From contig JAUWOA010000004.1 of assembly GCA_030612365.1 (NCBI GenBank), positions 1 to 55,161 on the forward strand: a DNA stretch of 55,161 bases, written 5' to 3'. The stretch comes from Candidatus Thorarchaeota archaeon. GTDB taxonomy: Archaea; Asgardarchaeota; Thorarchaeia; Thorarchaeales; Thorarchaeaceae. Both the position numbers and the translations under genes were made by a program. The notes under the pieces are model-generated. The model was not told the origin of the DNA. It saw nothing but the letters and a program-made list of their open reading frames with translations, and did no database searches. Positions 38,810-49,000 of the stretch are shown in pieces (position 1 is the first letter of the stretch; each line of letters begins with the position of its first letter).

Positions 38810-39862
38810 GTGGTTGGGGGTATGAACATTGCCAAAGAGCTAATTCAACGGCTCTTTGATGGGCCTGTACCATTACTCACCAAGAAAGCTTTGTACCTGC
38901 TTCTTTATGTGATATCTGTTTTTTGTGCGCTTTTTACCATAGACCCTCTATATGGAGTCTTCGGACTAATCGAGTTGAGCTTCCTGGTAGCTGTCATTGG
39001 ATTTGCAATTCAGTATCTCTTCTTCAAGTTCCAGTACTCCAGCTTTGCACATCTGGAGCAGGAGAACGTATCGGATGGTGTCTTCGACAACGCAATGGAT
39101 AATACGACCCCGAATCCTTTCTGTCGGATATGGATATGTCCGGCGGAAGAGCCATTCATCATTTCGGTTTCTAACATTGCCTTCCGCGCAATTCTGATTT
39201 CTAATCCATTGGCTGAGAAGATGCGTGTAGATGCCAAGAGAACAACGATTGTACTAGCCAAAAAGATGCTTGATGTAGAACACGCCAAAGTCAGAGTGCA
39301 CGCAATTCTTGGCGTTGTCTTCTTCGTTGGGGTCTGGCTGTTTCATGCTCTATGGTTCTTTCCCTACATTCATTATCCTGCAAGTTTCCCTTACTATTAT
39401 TGGGGGCCCCATTTGACTATCCTTGTGTTCTATCCCGTTGGTGCTTCATTTTTCAAAGGGACGCTAAGAGCGCTTTCTTGTAAACGAGATCGGTCGATGG
39501 TCGAAACGTATAGGACCTACGGTGTCTTGCCTCAAATAGCATACATCGAGCTGCTGCAAGAAGGTCCGATCTCTGTGGAGAGGAAGTCAAAGCTCTTGAG
39601 AACCTATGAGAAACAGGAGGTGCAAGCGCGTGCAGAGCGCAGATCTATGGCCTTGATTGCGCTCTTTACGTTGGGTGGCTTTGTCTCGATCTCATCAATT
39701 ATGTCCAGGCGTGATCTTGACTTATTCCTGCAATCAACATTCTTCACGCTCTTGCTTCTCTCTCTCATGACTGTATGCCTTTTCGAGAGATACGATACGA
39801 GAGCTGTTTCTGAATTTTGGAGCCCGTTGATTGACGATCTTGAACCCGTCTGGCCGCTTTAG
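38810..39862 (+). CDS. Hypothetical multi-pass membrane protein
   Basis: About 6 hydrophobic helices in three pairs. Likely start ATG 38822. Confidence 0.75.
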   Translation: MVGGMNIAKELIQRLFDGPVPLLTKKALYLLLYVISVFCALFTIDPLYGVFGLIELSFLVAVIGFAIQYLFFKFQYSSFAHLEQENVSDGVFDNAMDNTTPNPFCRIWICPAEEPFIISVSNIAFRAILISNPLAEKMRVDAKRTTIVLAKKMLDVEHAKVRVHAILGVVFFVGVWLFHALWFFPYIHYPASFPYYYWGPHLTILVFYPVGASFFKGTLRALSCKRDRSMVETYRTYGVLPQIAYIELLQEGPISVERKSKLLRTYEKQEVQARAERRSMALIALFTLGGFVSISSIMSRRDLDLFLQSTFFTLLLLSLMTVCLFERYDTRAVSEFWSPLIDDLEPVWPL

Positions 39863-39884
39863 CCATTTCACAATCTGTGTAAAT

Positions 39885-41153
39885 CTAGTGCTGCTTGAAC
39901 TCTGTGATTCGCTCTAATTCACCCTGGATAAATGACTCGATGATGGATTCAACATCAGACACGCCTTCCGGTAGTTCATAGACTGCAACCAACTCTGACC
40001 GAAACACACTGAATGCGCCCCTCCCGATGTCAGCCGCAATCACGGAGTTAACTCCTTTTCCCGCAATCAAGCTTTCTACAGCGAGAAGACCGCGCTTTTT
40101 GTCTGCCGTAGATCCGGGATTTTCTATAGACTTGACTGTCATCACTGTCTTCTCTGCGATTTCGACGACACAGAAATATGATGCTTTCGCGAAATGTTGA
40201 CTCACTCGGGAAGAGATTCCCTCGTAGGTGCTGACTGGTATTGCCACTCTCAGAATCTCCTTTTTCTCAGGTTCTATATGGATCATAACGCTCTCGAGTT
40301 CAGGAATCATCTGCTTGAGGAGTGCTTCCATCTCATCAGTGAGCGCATGCGCATGGTCCAATGGCATTTCCTTACTCATTGTTGCATGCATCTCACAGAA
40401 GTAAACCGAACCGGCCACTCTTACTTTGATGTCGTGGACATCCACAACTCCATGGACTCCCTCAGCTACCCTCCGTATCTCTGCATGCCTTTCAGGAATC
40501 GGAGATGCGTCCATCAGACTCAAGCCTGAATCTCTCATCAGCACGACTCCCTCCCTCATGATATATGCAGCAAGCATTAGTGCCACGAAGATCTCAATGA
40601 TTGGATAACCAATGATAGAAAATATCACGCCTGCAAGTACGAGAACTCCTGCGTAAACATCCAGCATGGAGTGTTTGCTGTCAGCAATCAAGCTCGGGCT
40701 GCCAATTTCTTTGCCCACCCTACGCTTGTACTTTGAAAGAATGAAGTATATGATTGCAGAAGTCAAGGCAGCTGCAATCGGCAGAAACGTCCCGACAATG
40801 GGGGTGGGATCAGTGATACTACTAGCTGACTGCCAAGCGATTCCAGCTCCTGCAACGATAATCATGATAGCGACTACAAAGGAGGCCAAGGTTTCTCCCC
40901 TATAGTAACCGTAGGGGAATCGCTCATTGGGATGCCTACCTGCGAGCCGCAATCCTGACCACACCATAATCGAAGCGAAAATGTCCGCTAAGGAGTTGAT
41001 GGCATCAGCCATCAGAGCGACACTACCACTCAGCAGAGCAATGCTGCCCTTCATTATTGCCAGGAACACCATCAGCAGAGCAGAGGTCTTCTCCACTTTT
41101 TCTCCTTTGACATACTTGCTTCTGTCAGGTCCCGCATAATCATCAATCGACAT
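39885..41153 (-). CDS. Cation diffusion facilitator transporter with C-terminal NifB/NifX-like domain
   Basis: SVALMADAINSLAD, FPYGYYRGE, ADSKHSMLD, IHIEP; then RVAIP...HFAKASYF...IGRGA. Confidence 0.9.
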   Translation of the reverse strand: MSIDDYAGPDRSKYVKGEKVEKTSALLMVFLAIMKGSIALLSGSVALMADAINSLADIFASIMVWSGLRLAGRHPNERFPYGYYRGETLASFVVAIMIIVAGAGIAWQSASSITDPTPIVGTFLPIAAALTSAIIYFILSKYKRRVGKEIGSPSLIADSKHSMLDVYAGVLVLAGVIFSIIGYPIIEIFVALMLAAYIMREGVVLMRDSGLSLMDASPIPERHAEIRRVAEGVHGVVDVHDIKVRVAGSVYFCEMHATMSKEMPLDHAHALTDEMEALLKQMIPELESVMIHIEPEKKEILRVAIPVSTYEGISSRVSQHFAKASYFCVVEIAEKTVMTVKSIENPGSTADKKRGLLAVESLIAGKGVNSVIAADIGRGAFSVFRSELVAVYELPEGVSDVESIIESFIQGELERITEFKQH

Positions 41154-41186
41154 CGAGAGTCGCCATTTCTCGATTTGGATATTGTA

Positions 41187-42221
41187 CTAGTTGAAGGTTG
41201 TCCTCTGGTACTTAGCTTCGAACTTAATCAACCTGGATTCCGCAAGATCAATGGCAACTTCAGAGGAATCACAGATTATCCATCGTCTACGTGTTCTCTC
41301 AGCCGCAACCGCTGTAGTTCCTGATCCTGCGAAGAAGTCTGCGACAATCTCTCCTGGCTCAGTTGCAGCTTCTATCATCCTCTCTACAAGCGCCATAGGC
41401 TTTTGCGTCAGGAATCCCGTGAATTCCTTTGAGGCTCCTTGGATTGGTGGGATATCCATCCACAAATCAGAAACAACAACGCCTGGTATATCAGACAAGT
41501 ACTGCTTCTTTGAATAGCGGCCATTCTTGCTCCTGTAGATGATGCCTTCATTTTTCCACTTATCCAGTGTTTCTCTCTTGTACAGGTAAGGAGCAGTTCT
41601 CCCTTCCCACTCAAACTGCCCTCTCGCTTCGGACCGCTGGATCCCGTGAGCCTCGATCTCGATGAGCCGGAATCTGCCTCTTTCATCATTGTAGCTGTAA
41701 GGTTTCAAGGACTTCTCGTCATGTTTTCGGTAGATTGATTGAGTCTTGAACTCTGAAGCATTCTTCGCGTAGAGGAGGATTACGTCATGTTGGCTGCCAA
41801 AGCCTCTGCTCTGTGACTTGGGACTATTCGTACGCTTCCACACCAGCTCGTTAACGAAGTTGGAATATCCGAAGAGGTCGTCGAGGATAATCTTGACATA
41901 ATGAGAAACGTGCCAGTCAAGATGAACCCAGAGACTTCCATTCTCGTTGAGCAGGCCTATCATTGCTCCAAGTCGTTCCTTCATGAAACGTAGATACTCT
42001 TCAAGCCCACCATCCCATCGGTCGCTGTACGTACTCGTATCCCGCAACGTTGGGGCGCTTGATGCGTCGCCGATGCCCTTCTTTTTCAGAGTATACTCTG
42101 TGCCCGAAAAGAAAGGGGGGTCGACATAGATGAGTCGGATTTTCTCATCGAGATCAATGCTAAGATGCTTCATTGCAGCAAGGCAGTCGCCGTGAAGGAT
42201 GAGGTTGCACCATCTGTCCAT
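41187..42221 (-). CDS. Site-specific N6-adenine/N4-cytosine DNA methyltransferase (beta class), orphan
   Basis: LIYVDPPF catalytic motif precedes TQKP and ADFFAGSGTT SAM motif. Confidence 0.9.
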   Translation of the reverse strand: MDRWCNLILHGDCLAAMKHLSIDLDEKIRLIYVDPPFFSGTEYTLKKKGIGDASSAPTLRDTSTYSDRWDGGLEEYLRFMKERLGAMIGLLNENGSLWVHLDWHVSHYVKIILDDLFGYSNFVNELVWKRTNSPKSQSRGFGSQHDVILLYAKNASEFKTQSIYRKHDEKSLKPYSYNDERGRFRLIEIEAHGIQRSEARGQFEWEGRTAPYLYKRETLDKWKNEGIIYRSKNGRYSKKQYLSDIPGVVVSDLWMDIPPIQGASKEFTGFLTQKPMALVERMIEAATEPGEIVADFFAGSGTTAVAAERTRRRWIICDSSEVAIDLAESRLIKFEAKYQRTTFN

Positions 42222-42334
42222 AGACTGCCATGTGGAATCGCAGCCTTATGACATCTTTCACGGCCCTTATGCCGCTTCCATATTCAAGTATCAGAAACAG
42301 ACGGGAGCGCAAGAAACGAGATCAGGAGATGAAT

Positions 42335-42586
42335 CTACATCTCGGTGTCGCTCTCAGAAAAGACTTCTCCTTCTTCATCAATCTCAGCTCGATCGCGAGC
42401 ATGTTGAATCTTAACGAGTGTGACACAGTAGCCTGCAATGCGGTTCCGAACCTTCTTTGTCTTGGCGTCAGTGTACTGTTGAACGAGTCTCTTGTTGGTT
42501 TCAAAATCATCCGTGAACTCGTCTGGATACCAATGGAGAAGACGCCTCGCTGCACCCTTGATGTATTTAGGTCTGATGTTACCCAA
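42335..42586 (-). CDS. rps17e: 30S ribosomal protein S17e
   Basis: MGNIRPKYIK...FTDDFETNKRLV...KKVRNRIAGY. Confidence 0.95.
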   Translation of the reverse strand: MGNIRPKYIKGAARRLLHWYPDEFTDDFETNKRLVQQYTDAKTKKVRNRIAGYCVTLVKIQHARDRAEIDEEGEVFSESDTEM

Positions 42587-42659
42587 TTAACAATCACCGC
42601 ATCTAGTTGTCAATTTCGGCAGTCCCTCTGGCTGTGTTTATAAAGCATACGGTGTCCGA

Positions 42660-44435
42660 TTGATTATCAGGGGTCATCTGGACGTGCTCTACGAACGTGT
42701 CGCCCAAGCATTCGAGCTTGTTGAGTCTACTTCGGGTTCTCTTGCGAAAATCGACATTTTTGCAGAACTCCTGAAAGAGGCTAGCCCAGAAGAGGTCAGT
42801 GAACTTATTGCCCTCAGCGTCGCGAAGCTGCATCCAGACTGGATGGAGCAGCCGGAAATTGGGATTGCCGAAAAGATGGCGGTCCAGGTTATTGCCAGTG
42901 CCGCATCGGTTTCTGAGAGCACTGTTGAAGATAAGCTCAACGAAACTGGGGACATAGGTGCCGCTGCTGATGCTCTTCTTGAGGGGAGTGTGCAATCCTC
43001 GCTCTTCGCAGAGGAGCTCACCGTCAATTCCGTTTTTCGGACCTTGGACGCAATCTCTAGGATGTCAGGGCGAGGGAGCAACAGGGTGAAGATTGCGAAA
43101 CTATCCGGATTGCTCACGGACGCGAAACCTATTGAGGCAAAGTATCTCCTGCGAACAGTAACTGGACGCCTTCGTTTGGGTCTTGCGTCCATGAGCATTC
43201 TTGATGCTCTCTCAACTGCTTTCACAGGCGACCGAGATGCCAGAGCTGAACTTGAGCATGCATTCAATGTGTGCAGTGATCTTGGCCGCGTCGCACGTGT
43301 ACTTGCGACCGACGGACTTGCCGCTGTGAAGACAATCAAAGCGAGGGTTGGAACGCCAATCCGGATGATGGCAGCCAAGAAGCTCTCAGACGCAACGGAG
43401 ATACTTCAGAAAGTCGGAGCAAAAGCTCTCGTTGAGTACAAATACGATGGTGAACGTGTTCAAGTTCACAAGGACGGTGACGAGGTTGTGCTCTTCTCTC
43501 GAAGACAAGAGAAAATCACCACACAATATCCTGACGTAGCTGAACTTGTACGCAAGAACATCAAAGCTGAAACCTGCGTTATTGAGGGCGAAATCGTCGC
43601 AGTTGATTCGTCCACAGGGAAGATGCGACCGTTCCAAGAACTCATGCGCAGAAGAAGGAAGACAGATATCAAAGCTATGAGCCAAGAAGTTCCGGTTGCA
43701 TTATTCTTCTTTGATATCCTTTTTCTCAACGGAGAAGATGTGTCTTCGATTCCCATGTTGAAACGTCGCAAACTCTTGGATAAGATAGTCACGACGGTTG
43801 ATAGAGTGTCTTTAACGATTGGAGAGGTCACTGAAGATCCAGAACGCCTTGATGCGATATTCATGGAGGCCATCAACTCGGGGTATGAAGGAGTAATCGC
43901 GAAAGCTGTTCATGAGAAATCAGGCTACAAAGCAGGGTCTCGAAGCTGGCTTTGGATTAAGCTGAAGGCATCCTATAAGGATGGAATGTCTGATTCCGTT
44001 GACCTAGTTATTGTAGGGGCGATTCACGGAAGAGGGAAACGGACTGGGCTCTATGGGGCGATACTCGCTTCCGCCTATGACGAAGAAACTGACACATTTC
44101 CCACTGTCTGCAAGATTGGAACCGGTTTCACAGATGAGATGCTTGAGGAGTTCAAGAGCCGCTTGGAAACACACGTATTGGAACGACAAAACCCCAAGGT
44201 CCTTTCAGATGTTAAAGCTGATGTCTGGTTTGAGCCTGTTGAGGTCATTGAGGTTCTTGGCGATGAGCTCACTGTAAGCCAAACACACTTGGCTGGAAAG
44301 GATCGAATGAGCGGCGGAGGTCTTGCCATACGTTTCCCGCGTTTCACAGGCAAGTGGAGAGAAGACAAGAGTGCCAAGCAAGCGACAACTGTGGGTGAAC
44401 TAATTGAGTCCTTCGAGCGCCAGAGGGGCTCATAG
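42660..44435 (+). CDS. lig: ATP-dependent DNA ligase
   Basis: EYKYDGERVQVH, FDIL, EGVIAK, WIKLK, RFPRF...REDK. Start uncertain by a few codons. Confidence 0.95.
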   Translation: MIIRGHLDVLYERVAQAFELVESTSGSLAKIDIFAELLKEASPEEVSELIALSVAKLHPDWMEQPEIGIAEKMAVQVIASAASVSESTVEDKLNETGDIGAAADALLEGSVQSSLFAEELTVNSVFRTLDAISRMSGRGSNRVKIAKLSGLLTDAKPIEAKYLLRTVTGRLRLGLASMSILDALSTAFTGDRDARAELEHAFNVCSDLGRVARVLATDGLAAVKTIKARVGTPIRMMAAKKLSDATEILQKVGAKALVEYKYDGERVQVHKDGDEVVLFSRRQEKITTQYPDVAELVRKNIKAETCVIEGEIVAVDSSTGKMRPFQELMRRRRKTDIKAMSQEVPVALFFFDILFLNGEDVSSIPMLKRRKLLDKIVTTVDRVSLTIGEVTEDPERLDAIFMEAINSGYEGVIAKAVHEKSGYKAGSRSWLWIKLKASYKDGMSDSVDLVIVGAIHGRGKRTGLYGAILASAYDEETDTFPTVCKIGTGFTDEMLEEFKSRLETHVLERQNPKVLSDVKADVWFEPVEVIEVLGDELTVSQTHLAGKDRMSGGGLAIRFPRFTGKWREDKSAKQATTVGELIESFERQRGS

Positions 44436-44521
44436 TTTGGCAATGCACACTGCAGGGGTTTCTTCCGACAGTTTTACATGAGGACGAGATTGTAACGGGG
44501 ACAGTATCTGGAGTTACTCCC

Positions 44522-44980
44522 ATGTTTAGCATTCGTGTTAGCGACCAGAAGCTTCACTTCAGTTCGTCACACTTCGTTCTTGGAAGCGATGGTTGTGAAA
44601 ATCTTCACGGTCACAACTACACTGTCGAGATAATCATAGAAGGCGCACTCAACAAGTATGGAATGGTCATCGATTTCCGTGACGTGAAAAAGAAGGCTCT
44701 TGAGGTGTGCAAGCAACTGGACCATAAGGTGCTGTTACCAGGTAAGTCCCGCACGGTTCAAGTTCACGAAACAGATGACTCCATCAATGTAGCGGTTGGC
44801 GGCAAGAAGTATGTCTTTCCTGCGGAGGATTGTGTAGTCTTGCCAGCTACAGCGACTACTGCAGAACTGCTTGCAGAACACATATACCAGCATTTAGAAT
44901 TCCCAGATGGCTACAGACTGAAGGTCTGCATTGGCGAGAATGTTGGAACCTTTGGCTGCTATGAAGACAGTCATGGATGA
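44522..44980 (+). CDS. queD: 6-carboxytetrahydropterin synthase / PTPS family
   Basis: FSSSH, CENLHGHNY, LDH, TTAE. Confidence 0.85.
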   Translation: MFSIRVSDQKLHFSSSHFVLGSDGCENLHGHNYTVEIIIEGALNKYGMVIDFRDVKKKALEVCKQLDHKVLLPGKSRTVQVHETDDSINVAVGGKKYVFPAEDCVVLPATATTAELLAEHIYQHLEFPDGYRLKVCIGENVGTFGCYEDSHG

Positions 44981-45005
44981 TCGGAACTTGAAGTGGTGAA
45001 GAACG

Positions 45006-45818
45006 ATGGTTGTAGATACACAAGACGAACAACCGAAGCACAATATCCAGCTCAACAAGGTTGGAGTACGGAATCTGAAGACTTTCGTCATCATTGATAG
45101 AAGCGGTGTTCGGCATCACTTGATTCCGAAGGTCGAAATCACTATTGACCTCCCTGCCATGTATAAGGGCATCCACATGTCGCGGCTGATTGAAACCATG
45201 ACTGAAGTAATCAGTGATGAATTCAGCGTTTACAAGTCAGTTGAGGAGGCTCATATACGCTACCTAGAGGCTCTGGCCAAGAAGCACAGCTTTAGCCGCA
45301 GCGAGATCAGATTCGATTTTGAGTTCGGCTATGCAAGCAAGACACCGGTTTCGAAGAAGAGAACATGGGAGGTCTGCGAAGTGTCAGTGGTTACAACAAA
45401 GGAAATAGAACGCCCGTATATTCATAGTGTGGAGGTTAAGGTCATTGGCAACACTGTGTGTCCACACTGCATGGCCAACAACAAAGGGATTACCCACATG
45501 CAAAGAGCCCTTGGAGCATTGCGTGTCGTTGGCGAAACCAATCAGATACCCAGCTTCGGGCAGATGATTGAGGTGATCGAGAAGTCCTTCTCGAGCAAGA
45601 CATACTCCCTCCTTAAGCTAGGCGATGAGATGCATGTAACCAAAGAGATGTATGACAATCCACAATTCGTTGAGGATCTATGCCGCAATATGCTCCAGCA
45701 TGCGGGAGATGCGTTCAAGGATAGGGACCTGGAGATGTTTGCAGAAGCGATATCTCAGGAGAGCATCCACAAGCATGACGTGATCGCGCAAGGTCAAGTT
45801 GCGACAAATGGTAATTAG
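45006..45818 (+). CDS. mptA: GTP cyclohydrolase, FolE2/MptA family
   Basis: DTQ, KGIHMSRL, TVCP, THMQR, NPQFVED, ESIHKHD. Confidence 0.88.
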   Translation: MVVDTQDEQPKHNIQLNKVGVRNLKTFVIIDRSGVRHHLIPKVEITIDLPAMYKGIHMSRLIETMTEVISDEFSVYKSVEEAHIRYLEALAKKHSFSRSEIRFDFEFGYASKTPVSKKRTWEVCEVSVVTTKEIERPYIHSVEVKVIGNTVCPHCMANNKGITHMQRALGALRVVGETNQIPSFGQMIEVIEKSFSSKTYSLLKLGDEMHVTKEMYDNPQFVEDLCRNMLQHAGDAFKDRDLEMFAEAISQESIHKHDVIAQGQVATNGN

Positions 45819-46049
45819 ATATCTTCCATTCGGGCAGTAAAATGCCGGTAACCATGTTTCCGTCATGTTGCTAGGTATGAGCATCCCCCAAAAATATCCT
45901 TAAAAGGTTCCGCCCCAAGTGAAAATAGCTTCAGATTGCATTGGCAGAAAATGATGCCCGTACCTGCTAATGCATTTGCTATGCACAGAAGCTGTATCAA
46001 ACGTTGTGTATTGAATCATGCTTCGGGGCAAGCTTGCAAGGTGAATAAG

Positions 46050-49000
46050 ATGCGAGGGAATTGGCGGCCCGCTGCGGCTCTCTTGTTGGTTCTAATTGGC
46101 CAAGTAATCCTATTTGGGTCGCTTGGCAATCAAAACATTGCACGCCATAACAGTGGCGACCTATCACCCAAGCAAAGCCCAGTTGAGCCTCCTTTCATCG
46201 GTGATTTTCCAAGTCCATTCAGAAACCACGACGATGACATTGAATTCACACCTTACAGGGCATTCTCTTCATCAGAGGAACCAATCACTGGAGTTCTTGA
46301 CCCTGCAATTGTTGAGCAAAGTGGATATGCTTCATCCGGGAACATCAGCGCACGCACTGACACAATGAGCAATCTCGCCTATGACTTACCTCTGGATGAA
46401 GTACACAATTGGGTTGCGAGCGAAGCTGAAGTGAGCATTTGGAATCTCACGAAGGTATACGCAATAAACGGCACCTTCGAAGAGGGCGTTTCAGGCATCA
46501 ACGTGAACCCGAACGGCACAGTTGCGTATCATCCCCTTGGATGGGATGTCTACAGTAATAACACAAACGTAAACCAGGTGCAGATGGCAGCATTCGATTC
46601 GACAGGACGCAGCTATATCACAGCAGACAATTGGGGCGGAAAAGTAGGACAGAATGAACACGGACATTACCAAGACACGAGGATTCTCTGGACGCAGTTT
46701 GTTGATAATGCACCTTATACTGAAGATTTTATTCTCAGTTTCGATTACTTCTATTTGAGAGGTCCTATTGACAAGAATACAACTTATCCAATCACAGGGA
46801 ACTGCTCCATCACGGTGTTCGCTGATGGTAACCCCATATGGAACATGAGTCTTCTCACACTAGATAGGAGGGGAGTCTGGGAGAGCTCCGGGGAGCTGCC
46901 CATTACCGTGGCTGGGATTTCTGGCGCTTTTGATTTTGAGATCGGCTTGGTGATTGATGAAACTCTGGTTCTTGACAAAAGGTGGGATTACGACACCGAT
47001 GGCGCTCCTGATGGCATAGGTAACGCCGCATATATTACCGCATACCTAGATGATGTTTCATTCATTAAGGCAACCCCACCTACTCCTTCACAGGTAGATC
47101 TAGAATTCACAAGGGGGACTGAAGCCGTCGCAGTTACGGGCACTTCTGGCTCTGGAAGCGCAGTCATCACCAATGAGAGCTACTGGCAGATAAATCCGGT
47201 ATCGGTTGTTCTCTCCTCGAACACTAGTGTCTCCTTTGACTACAAGACCCGTTTGCTTTCGCACAGGTTTACTAACTCCAACTCGGAAACCGATATCTCA
47301 CATGAAGGAGTTGCGTATACTACGCAGTTTGGACTCAGTCCGGACCTAACATTATTCACTTACATCGGATTCCTTGGCGACTATGAGAATCCTAGCTTGA
47401 GGGTGGCGTATCCTATAGATTGGGAGAATGCAACAGTGCTTGATCCGTTTCTCTCTGACGTGACTTCTCAGTGTTCTTTGGGCTTGGGTTTCTTTGATGT
47501 ACCGGGGCATCTACTGGACCTACTTGGATGGTGGAAATTCATGCTCCAGTCACCCAATTATGCTAAGTCATTAACTCCGCAGATAGATGATGATGATGAC
47601 TGGCTGAATGAAACTCTCTATCGAAGCGGTAACAAGACACGGGCCCTGATTGAAATAGGAACTCCGTTAACAACTCCCGAAAGCTTTGACTTGGTGAATG
47701 TGTCTTGGATCCTACCCAATGGTACGTTCTGGTTCGATGAAACTCTAAATGGTGGGGAAGATGGTGAGATTTTCAGTTCTACACTTGAACTTGATTCATT
47801 GAATACAACTGCAGGGGTGTGGAGCGTAGAGGTCTTGTGGACAAATGGGACGGAGGTTGCTTACGACATTGCAGTATTCGAGGTTCACCATGTGGCTGAG
47901 CTGATTGCACTAGAGAGCCATATCGTGACTGAAAGCGGCTCAACAGTGATGAATTACGTCTACTATCGTGATGCTGAGAATGGCGAATATCTAATGGATC
48001 CATCTGCAACCATTCTGGCTAATTGGTCTGGAAGCACAAAGGAACTCCAGCCAAACAACATCCACCTCTACTGGGAACCGACTACTCCATTTGATACATC
48101 ATTGGTTGGTCCAGGTAATTCTTCAGTTCTTGTGGAGGCAAGTTGGGACTTCTTTGATAGTGCATCTTGTATCTTTATAGTGGAAGTTACCTACACAGAT
48201 AATGAACTCATCATCTATGACCTCGCAGTGGATGCTGGTCTCTTTGACACCTATGTATGCGAATTTCACTTTGAGGACAGATATGGCAACTACTTGGAGG
48301 GTGCATCAATTGTTGATGTGGTCGTATCCGGACCAACGGGCGGACTGATAGTCAATTGGGGCTCGTTCACTGATCTGGGATTCGGCAACTACTCGATCTC
48401 TTTCACATCTCAACTATCTGGCACATATCAGACAACGATAACTGCCGAAGCTGACTTCTACGAAGCTGCAGGAGCAACACTGCTTCTATACGTCGGAGAG
48501 ATTTCGACTGGCTTGGAGATACTGAACGGAACTGTCGGTCTTATCCCGTTTGGTCAAGACTTCCGCTTGGCAGTACGGTACTCGAACAGCACAGGTTATG
48601 GAATCGAGAATGCGAACATCACAATGACTAGTGTCAGCCCTGAAGGTGGTGTGACAGCCGGTACGACAATCGATGAGGGTGAAGGCGTCTATTCTCTCGT
48701 ACTAACCCCGCTTGAGTCAGATGACTTCACGATTCTAGTAAGCGCCAATATCACGAATTACCAAACACAGATTGAGCGCTTCACTCTATCCGTGGCGCCT
48801 ATCGCGACCGATCTGTATACTGCTTCAGGTAATTCATCTGCTTCGACTGTGTTTGAAACCATCTACGAGCTTGATTTGTATTATGTGAATACACAGGATG
48901 GCCTCAACATCAGTTTGGCTTCAATCCAAGTCGAGTTCACGTCAAATGAGACATTGAATTGGACTATCGAACCCTATGGTGACGGCTACATCTTGCGAAT

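Noticed and set aside
38810-39862. M48/HtpX protease or SdhC anchor
   Set aside because: The topology is vaguely HtpX-like but there is no HExxH, and no convincing heme-ligand pattern.
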